DNA from: Auanema rhodensis
Lineage: Eukaryota; Animalia; Nematoda
Length of the DNA: 64,000 nt
Direction: 5' to 3'
Assembly (NCBI GenBank): GCA_964057225.1
Contig: CAXKVF010000095.1
Span: forward strand, 59,001-123,000
The stretch's first letter is position 1; each line of letters starts with the position of its first letter. Shown in pieces: positions 54,001-64,000 of this stretch. The notes beneath the pieces were generated by a model. That model saw nothing but the letters and a program-made list of their open reading frames with translations. It had not been told where the DNA came from and made no database searches. A program made the position numbers and the translations under genes.

Positions 54001-57000
54001 AGCATAAATAAAAGTTCACGTAAATTTCAAAGTCATGGTTACCATGAACCAATATCAATAAAAATTTGTTTTTAGACTAATATGGACATGGGGAATCTAA
54101 TTTTGAGAACCGCATCTCTTTATCTTTCAAGTGAAGCGAGTTACATACCAAGTTCACATCACGTGTACATTTAATTAGCATAAATTAAAGTTCACGTAAA
54201 TTTCAAAGTCATGGTTACCATGAAGCAATATCAATAAAAATTTGTTTTTAGACTAATATGGACATGGGGAATCTAATTTTGAAAACCGCATCTCTTTATC
54301 TTTCACGTGAAGCGAGTTACATACCAAGTGCACATCACGTGTACATTTAATTAGCATAAATAAAAGTTCACGTAAATTTCAAAGTCATGGTTACCATGAA
54401 CCAATATCAATAAAAATTTGTTTTTAGACTAATATGGACATGGGGAATCTAATTTTGAAAACCGCATCTCTTTATCTTTCACGTGAAGCGAGTTACATAC
54501 CAAGTGCACATCACGTGTACATTTAATTAGCATAAATTAAAGTTCACGTAAATTTCAAAGTCATGGTTACCATGAACCAATATCAATAAAAATTTGTTTT
54601 TAGACTAATATGGACATGGGGAATCTAATTTTGAAAACCGCATCTCTTTATCTTTCACGTGAAGCGAGTTACATACCAAGTGCACATCACGTGTACATTT
54701 AATTAGCATAAATTAAAGTTCACGTAAATTTCAAAGTCATGGTTACCATGAACCAATATCAATAAAAATTTGTTTTTAGACTAATATGGACATGGGGAAT
54801 CTAATTTTGAAAACCGCATCTCTTTATCTTTCACGTGAAGCGAGTTACATACCAAGTGCACATCACGTGTACATTTAATTAGCATAAATTAAAGTTCACG
54901 TAAATTTCAAAGTCATGGTTACCATGAACCAATATCAATAAAAATTTGTTTTTAGACTAATATGGACATGGGGAATCTAATTTTGAAAACCGCATCTCTT
55001 TATCTTTCACGTGAAGCGAGTTACATACCAAGTGCACATCACGTGTACATTTAATTAGCATAAATTAAAGTTCACGTAAATTTCAAAGTCATGGTTACCA
55101 TGAACCAATATCAATAAAAATTTGTTTTTAGACTAATATGGACATGGGGAATCTAATTTTGAAAACCGCATTTCTTTATCTTTCACGTGAAGCGAGTTAC
55201 ATACCAAGTGCACATCACGTGTACATTTAATTAGCATAAATAAAAGTTCACGTAAATTTCAAAGTCATGGTTACCATGAACCAATATCAATAAAAATTTG
55301 TTTTTAGACTAATATGGACATGGGGAATCTAATTTTGAGAACCGCATCTCTTTATCTTTCAAGTGAAGCGAGTTACATACCAAGTTCACATCACGTGTAC
55401 ATTTAATTAGCATAAATTAAAGTTCACGTAAATTTCAAAGTCATGGTTACCATGAAGCAATATCAATAAAAATTTGTTTTTAGACTAATATGGACATGGG
55501 GAATCTAATTTTGAAAACCGCATCTCTTTATCTTTCACGTGAAGCGAGTTACATACCAAGTGCACATCACGTGTACATTTAATTAGCATAAATAAAAGTT
55601 CACGTAAATTTCAAAGTCATGGTTACCATGCACCAATATCAATAAAAATTTGTTTTTAGACTAATATGGACATGGGGAATCTAATTTTGAAAACCGCATC
55701 TCTTTATCTTTCACGTGAAGCGAGTTACATACCAAGTGCACATCACGTGTACATTTAATTAGCATAAATTAAAGTTCACGTAAATTTCAAAGTCATGGTT
55801 ACCATGAACCAATATCAATAAAAATTTGTTTTTAGACTAATATGGACATGGGGAATCTAATTTTGAAAACCGCATCTCTTTATCTTTCACGTGAAGCGAG
55901 TTACATACCAAGTGCACATCACGTGTACATTTAATTAGCATAAATTAAAGTTCACGTAAATTTCAAAGTCATGGTTACCATGAACCAATATCAATAAAAA
56001 TTTGTTTTTAGACTAATATGGACATGGGGAATCTAATTTTGAAAACCGCATCTCTTTATCTTTCACGTGAAGCGAGTTACATACCAAGTGCACATCACGT
56101 GTACATTTAATTAGCATAAATTAAAGTTCACGTAAATTTCAAAGTCATGGTTACCATGAACCAATATCAATAAAAATTTGTTTTTAGACTAATATGGACA
56201 TGGGGAATCTAATTTTAAAAACCGCATCTCTTTATCTTTCAAGTGAAGCGAGTTACATACCAAGTTCACATCACGTGTACATTTAATTAGCATAAATTAA
56301 AGTTCACGTAAATTTCAAAGTCATGGTTACCATGAAGCAATATCAATAAAAATTTGTTTTTAGACTAATATGGACATGGGGAATCTAATTTTGAAAACCG
56401 CATCTCTTTATCTTTCACGTGAAGCGAGTTACATACCAAGTGCACATCACGTGTACATTTAATTAGCATAAATAAAAGTTCACGTAAATTTCAAAGTCAT
56501 GGTTACCATGAACCAATATCAATAAAAATTTGTTTTTAGACTAATATGGACATGGGGAATCTAATTTTGAGAACCGCATCTCTTTATCTTTCAAGTGAAG
56601 CGAGTTACATACCAAGTTCACATCACGTGTACATTTAATTAGCATAAATTAAAGTTCACGTAAATTTCAAAGTCATGGTTACCATGAAGCAATATCAATA
56701 AAAATTTGTTTTTAGACTAATATGGACATGGGGAATCTAATTTTGAAAACCGCATCTCTTTATCTTTCACGTGAAGCGAGTTACATACCAAGTGCACATC
56801 ACGTGTACATTTAATTAGCATAAATAAAAGTTCACGTAAATTTCAAAGTCATGGTTACCATGCACCAATATCAATAAAAATTTGTTTTTAGACTAATATG
56901 GACATGGGGAATCTAATTTTGAAAACCGCATCTCTTTATCTTTCACGTGAAGCGAGTTACATACCAAGTGCACATCACGTGTACATTTAATTAGCATAAA

Positions 57001-60000
57001 TTAAAGTTCACGTAAATTTCAAAGTCATGGTTACCATGAACCAATATCAATAAAAATTTGTTTTTAGACTAATATGGACATGGGGAATCTAATTTTGAAA
57101 ACCGCATCTCTTTATCTTTCACGTGAAGCGAGTTACATACCAAGTGCACATCACGTGTACATTTAATTAGCATAAATTAAAGTTCACGTAAATTTCAAAG
57201 TCATGGTTACCATGAACCAATATCAATAAAAATTTGTTTTTAGACTAATATGGACATGGGGAATCTAATTTTGAAAACCGCATCTCTTTATCTTTCACGT
57301 GAAGCGAGTTACATACCAAGTGCACATCACGTGTACATTTAATTAGCATAAATTAAAGTTCACGTAAATTTCAAAGTCATGGTTACCATGAACCAATATC
57401 AATAAAAATTTGTTTTTAGACTAATATGGACATGGGGAATCTAATTTTGAAAACCGCATTTCTTTATCTTTCACGTGAAGCGAGTTACATACCAAGTGCA
57501 CATCACGTGTACATTTAATTAGCATAAATTAAAGTTCACGTAAATTTCAAAGTCATGGTTACCATGCACCAATATCAATAAAAATTTGTTTTTAGACTAA
57601 TATGGACATGGGGAATCTAATTTTGAAAACCGCATCTCTTTATCTTTCACGTGAAGCGAGTTACATACCAAGTGCACATCACGTGTACATTTAATTAGCA
57701 TAAATTAAAGTTCACGTAAATTTCAAAGTCATGGTTACCATGAACCAATATCAATAAAAATTTGTTTTTAGACTAATATGGACATGGGGAATCTAATTTT
57801 GAAAACCGCATTTCTTTATCTTTCACGTGAAGCGAGTTACATACCAAGTGCACATCACGTGTACATTTAATTAGCATAAATTAAAGTTCACGTAAATTTC
57901 AAAGTCATGGTTACCATGCACCAATATCAATAAAAATTTGTTTTTAGACTAAAATGGACATGGGGAATCTAATTTTGAAAACCGCATCTCTTTATCTTTC
58001 ACGTGAAGCGAGTTACATACCAAGTGCACATCACGTGTACATTTAATTAGCATAAATTAAAGTTCACGTAAACTTCAAAGTCATGGTTACCATGAAGCAA
58101 TATCAATAAAAATTTGTTTTTAGACTAATATGGACATGGGGAATCTAATTTTGAAAACCGCATTTCTTTATCTTTCACGTGAAGCGAGTTACATACCAAG
58201 TGCACATCACGTGTACATTTAATTAGCATAAATTAAAGTTCACGTAAATTTCAAAGTCATGGTTACCATGCACCAATATCAATAAAAATTTGTTTTTAGA
58301 CTAAAATGGACATGGGGAATCTAATTTTGAAAACCGCATCTCTTTATCTTTCACGTGAAGCGAGTTACATACCAAGTGCACATCACGTGTACATTTAATT
58401 AGCATAAATTAAAGTTCACGTAAACTTCAAAGTCATGGTTACCATGAAGCAATATCAATAAAAATTTGTTTTTAGACTAATATGGACATGGGGAATCTAA
58501 TTTTGAAAACCGCATCTCTTTATCTTTCACGTGAAGCGAGTTACATACCAAGTGCACATCACGTGTACATTTAATTAGCATAAATTAAAGTTCACGTAAA
58601 TTTCAAAGTCATGGTTACCATGAACCAATATCAATAAAAATTTGTTTTTAGACTAATATGGACATGGGGAATCTAATTTTGAAAACCTCATCTCTTTATC
58701 TTTCACGTGAAGCGAGTTACATACCAAGTGCACATCACGTGTACATTTAATTAGCATAAATTAAAGTTCACGTAAATTTCAAAGTCATGGTTACCATGAA
58801 CCAATATCAATAAAAATTTGTTTTTAGACTAATATGGACATGGGGAATCTAATTTTGAGAACCGCATCTCTTTATCTTTCACGTGAAGCGAGTTACATAC
58901 CAAGTGCACATCACGTGTACATTTAATTAGCATAAATTTAAGTTCCCGTAAATTTCAAAGTCATGGTTACCATGAACCAATATCAATAAAAATTTGTTTT
59001 TAGACTAATATGGACATGGGGAATCTAATTTTGAAAACCGCATCTCTTTATCTTTCACGTGAAGCGAGTTACATACCAAGTGCACATCACGTGTACATTT
59101 AATTAGCATAAATAAAAGTTCACGTAAATTTCAAAGTCATGGTTACCATGAACCAATATCAATAAAAATTTGTTTTTAGACTAATATGGACATGGGGAAT
59201 CTAATTTTGAGAACCGCATCTCTTTATCTTTCAAGTGAAGCGAGTTACATACCAAGTTCACATCACGTGTACATTTAATTAGCATAAATTAAAGTTCACG
59301 TAAATTTCAAAGTCATGGTTACCATGAAGCAATATCAATAAAAATTTGTTTTTAGACTAATATGGACATGGGGAATCTAATTTTGAAAACCGCATCTCTT
59401 TATCTTTCACGTGAAGCGAGTTACATACCAAGTGCACATCACGTGTACATTTAATTAGCATGAATAAAAGTTCACGTAAATTTCAAAGTCATGGTTACCA
59501 TGCACCAATATCAATAAAAATTTGTTTTTAGACTAATATGGACATGGGGAATCTAATTTTGAAAACCGCATCTCTTTATCTTTCACGTGAAGCGAGTTAC
59601 ATACCAAGTGCACATCACGTGTACATTTAATTAGCATAAATTAAAGTTCACGTAAATTTCAAAGTCATGGTTACCATGAACCAATATCAATAAAAATTTG
59701 TTTTTAGACTAATATGGACATGGGGAATCTAATTTTGAAAACCGCATCTCTTTATCTTTCACGTGAAGCGAGTTACATACCAAGTGCACATCACGTGTAC
59801 ATTTAATTAGCATAAATTAAAGTTCACGTAAATTTCAAAGTCATGGTTACCATGAACCAATATCAATAAAAATTTGTTTTTAGACTAATATGGACATGGG
59901 GAATCTAATTTTGAGAACCGCATCTCTTTATCTTTCACGTGAAGCGAGTTACATACCAAGTGCACATCACGTGTACATTTAATTAGCATAAATTTAAGTT

Positions 60001-63000
60001 CCCGTAAATTTCAAAGTCATGGTTACCATGAACCAATATCAATAAAAATTTGTTTTTAGACTAATATGGACATGGGGAATCTAATTTTGAAAACCGCATC
60101 TCTTTATCTTTCACGTGAAGCGAGTTACATACCAAGTGCACATCACGTGTACATTTAATTAGCATAAATAAAAGTTCACGTAAATTTCAAAGTCATGGTT
60201 ACCATGAACCAATATCAATAAAAATTTGTTTTTAGACTAATATGGACATGGGGAATCTAATTTTGAGAACCGCATCTCTTTATCTTTCAAGTGAAGCGAG
60301 TTACATACCAAGTTCACATCACGTGTACATTTAATTAGCATAAATTAAAGTTCACGTAAATTTCAAAGTCATGGTTACCATGAAGCAATATCAATAAAAA
60401 TTTGTTTTTAGACTAATATGGACATGGGGAATCTAATTTTGAAAACCGCATCTCTTTATCTTTCACGTGAAGCGAGTTACATACCAAGTGCACATCACGT
60501 GTACATTTAATTAGCATAAATAAAAGTTCACGTAAATTTCAAAGTCATGGTTACCATGCACCAATATCAATAAAAATTTGTTTTTAGACTAATATGGACA
60601 TGGGGAATCTAATTTTGAAAACCGCATCTCTTTATCTTTCACGTGAAGCGAGTTACATACCAAGTGCACATCACGTGTACATTTAATTAGCATAAATTAA
60701 AGTTCACGTAAATTTCAAAGTCATGGTTACCATGAACCAATATCAATAAAAATTTGTTTTTAGACTAATATGGACATGGGGAATCTAATTTTGAAAACCG
60801 CATCTCTTTATCTTTCACGTGAAGCGAGTTACATACCAAGTGCACATCAGGTGTACATTTAATTAGCATAAATTAAAGTTCACGTAAATTTCAAAGTCAT
60901 GGTTACCATGAACCAATATCAATAAAAATTTGTTTTTAGACTAATATGGACATGGGGAATCTAATTTTGAAAACCGCATCTCTTTATCTTTCACGTGAAG
61001 CGAGTTACATACCAAGTGCACATCACGTGTACATTTAATTAGCATAAATTAAAGTTCACGTAAATTTCAAAGTCATGGTTACCATGAACCAATATCAATA
61101 AAAATTTGTTTTTAGACTAATATGGACATGGGGAATCTAATTTTGAAAACCGCATTTCTTTATCTTTCACGTGAAGCGAGTTACATACCAAGTGCACATC
61201 ACGTGTACATTTAATTAGCATAAATTAAAGTTCACGTAAATTTCAAAGTCATGGTTACCATGCACCAATATCAATAAAAATTTGTTTTTAGACTAATATG
61301 GACATGGGGAATCTAATTTTGAAAACCGCATCTCTTTATCTTTCACGTGAAGCGAGTTACATACCAAGTGCACATCACGTGTACATTTAATTAGCATAAA
61401 TTAAAGTTCACGTAAATTTCAAAGTCATGGTTACCATGAACCAATATCAATAAAAATTTGTTTTTAGACTAATATGGACATGGGGAATCTAATTTTGAAA
61501 ACCGCATTTCTTTATCTTTCACGTGAAGCGAGTTACATACCAAGTGCACATCACGTGTACATTTAATTAGCATAAATTAAAGTTCACGTAAATTTCAAAG
61601 TCATGGTTACCATGCACCAATATCAATAAAAATTTGTTTTTAGACTAAAATGGACATGGGGAATCTAATTTTGAAAACCGCATCTCTTTATCTTTCACGT
61701 GAAGCGAGTTACATACCAAGTGCACATCACGTGTACATTTAATTAGCATAAATTAAAGTTCACGTAAACTTCAAAGTCATGGTTACCATGAAGCAATATC
61801 AATAAAAATTTGTTTTTAGACTAATATGGACATGGGGAATCTAATTTTGAAAACCGCATTTCTTTATCTTTCACGTGAAGCGAGTTACATACCAAGTGCA
61901 CATCACGTGTACATTTAATTAGCATAAATTAAAGTTCACGTAAATTTCAAAGTCATGGTTACCATGCACCAATATCAATAAAAATTTGTTTTTAGACTAA
62001 AATGGACATGGGGAATCTAATTTTGAAAACCGCATCTCTTTATCTTTCACGTGAAGCGAGTTACATACCAAGTGCACATCACGTGTACATTTAATTAGCA
62101 TAAATTAAAGTTCACGTAAACTTCAAAGTCATGGTTACCATGAAGCAATATCAATAAAAATTTGTTTTTAGACTAATATGGACATGGGGAATCTAATTTT
62201 GAAAACCGCATCTCTTTATCTTTCACGTGAAGCGAGTTACATACCAAGTGCACATCACGTGTACATTTAATTAGCATAAATTAAAGTTCACGTAAATTTC
62301 AAAGTCATGGTTACCATGAACCAATATCAATAAAAATTTGTTTTTAGACTAATATGGACATGGGGAATCTAATTTTGAAAACCGCATCTCTTTATCTTTC
62401 ACGTGAAGCGAGTTACATACCAAGTGCACATCACGTGTACATTTAATTAGCATAAATTAAAGTTCACGTAAATTTCAAAGTCATGGTTACCATGAACCAA
62501 TATCAATAAAAATTTGTTTTTAGACTAATATGGACATGGGGAATCTAATTTTGAGAACCGCATCTCTTTATCTTTCACGTGAAGCGAGTTACATACCAAG
62601 TGCACATCACGTGTACATTTAATTAGCATAAATTTAAGTTCCCGTAAATTTCAAAGTCATGGTTACCATGAACCAATATCAATAAAAATTTGTTTTTAGA
62701 CTAATATGGACATGGGGAATCTAATTTTGAAAACCGCATCTCTTTATCTTTCACGTGAAGCGAGTTACATACCAAGTGCACATCACGTGTACATTTAATT
62801 AGCATAAATAAAAGTTCACGTAAATTTCAAAGTCATGGTTACCATGAACCAATATCAATAAAAATTTGTTTTTAGACTAATATGGACATGGGGAATCTAA
62901 TTTTGAGAACCGCATCTCTTTATCTTTCAAGTGAAGCGAGTTACATACCAAGTTCACATCACGTGTACATTTAATTAGCATAAATTAAAGTTCACGTAAA

Positions 63001-63848
63001 TTTCAAAGTCATGGTTACCATGAAGCAATATCAATAAAAATTTGTTTTTAGACTAATATGGACATGGGGAATCTAATTTTGAAAACCGCATCTCTTTATC
63101 TTTCACGTGAAGCGAGTTACATACCAAGTGCACATCACGTGTACATTTAATTAGCATAAATTAAAGTTCACGTAAATTTCAAAGTCATGGTTACCATGAA
63201 CCAATATCAATAAAAATTTGTTTTTAGACTAATATGGACATGGGGAATCTAATTTTGAGAACCGCATCTCTTTATCTTTCACGTGAAGCGAGTTACATAC
63301 CAAGTGCACATCACGTGTACATTTAATTAGCATAAATTTAAGTTCCCGTAAATTTCAAAGTCATGGTTACCATGAACCAATATCAATAAAAATTTGTTTT
63401 TAGACTAATATGGACATGGGGAATCTAATTTTGAAAACCGCATCTCTTTATCTTTCACGTGAAGCGAGTTACATACCAAGTGCACATCACGTGTACATTT
63501 AATTAGCATAAATAAAAGTTCACGTAAATTTCAAAGTCATGGTTACCATGAACCAATATCAATAAAAATTTGTTTTTAGACTAATATGGACATGGGGAAT
63601 CTAATTTTGAGAACCGCATCTCTTTATCTTTCAAGTGAAGCGAGTTACATACCAAGTTCACATCACGTGTACATTTAATTAGCATAAATTAAAGTTCACG
63701 TAAATTTCAAAGTCATGGTTACCATGAAGCAATATCAATAAAAATTTGTTTTTAGACTAATATGGACATGGGGAATCTAATTTTGAAAACCGCATCTCTT
63801 TATCTTTCACGTGAAGCGAGTTACATACCAAGTGCACATCACGTGTAC
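51001..63848. repeat. Recurrent 15-mer (2640 bp) higher-order unit with 6-mer and 4-mer derivatives
   Basis: The cassette [A115G][A19T+A26C][T18A+A115G+C138A+G162T][gaag] starts at 51001, 53641, 58745, 59801, 62441 and 63145 (lags 2640, 5104, 1056, 2640, 704). 51001-53640 and 59801-62440 are nearly identical. Confidence 0.85.
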
Positions 63849-64000
63849 ATTTAATTAGCATAAATTAAAGTTCACGTAAATTTCAAAGTCATGGTTACCA
63901 TGAACCAATATCAATAAAAATTTGTTTTTAGACTAATATGGACATGGGGAATCTAATTTTGAAAACCGCATTTCTTTATCTTTCACGTGAAGCGAGTTAC

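Larger units (their letters stand above)
1..64000. repeat. 176-bp tandem satellite DNA array (363 full monomers + partial), probable centromeric/pericentromeric satellite
   Basis: 'atttaattagcataaa' recurs at 1, 177, 353 ... 2641 (15x176+1) and 5281 (30x176+1). After the +13 insertion the monomer starts are 5470+176k up to 50702; after the -53 junction they are 50825+176k up to 63849. One orientation throughout, with no foreign insertion. The tandem array is seen directly; the centromeric role is inferred from monomer size, AT content and homogeneity. Confidence 0.99.

Noticed and set aside
1-64000. CRISPR array or other repeat-spacer system
   Set aside because: Units are contiguous 176-bp copies with no unique spacers and no cas or other genes.
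1-64000. Rolling-circle or sequencing concatemer artefact
   Set aside because: Variants recur as linked haplotypes in nested, position-specific blocks, which random read error on a single circle would not produce. Individual exact duplications still need read confirmation.
1-64000. Embedded transposon, telomeric repeat or strand inversion
   Set aside because: The 176-bp register is fully accounted for by the +13 and -53 events, leaving no room for foreign or inverted sequence.

Overview
The whole 64,000-bp window is one uninterrupted, head-to-tail, single-orientation tandem satellite array of a 176-bp AT-rich monomer (about 32% GC by hand count). It holds 363 complete copies plus a 152-bp partial copy and runs off both window edges. 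Consensus in the register of position 1: atttaattagcataaattaaagttcacgtaaatttcaaagtcatggttaccatg[a/c]a[c/g]caatatcaataaaaatttgtttttagactaatatggacatggggaatctaattttgaaaaccgcatctctttatctttcacgtgaagcgagttacataccaagtgcacatcacgtgtac. Most copies differ from the consensus at 0-3 sites, and only two length variants break the 176-bp register: +13 bp at 5393-5418 and -53 bp at 50741/50742. Monomer length, homogeneity and array size are typical of a eukaryotic centromeric/pericentromeric satellite (inference); I do not recognise the family or species. No protein gene, RNA gene, transposon or CRISPR array is supported, and the single 60-aa ORF is a by-product of one SNP. I found no new gene-based system. 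The interesting structure is (i) monomer architecture, namely an ~84-bp degenerate palindrome plus three TCACGT motifs spaced 32-33 bp apart, and (ii) a readable history of nested local duplications (1-, 2-, 4-, 5-, 7-, 11-, 15- and 16-mers), SNP-defined domains and one out-of-register 651-bp duplication. Variant names such as T110G refer to monomer positions. All alignments were made by eye.
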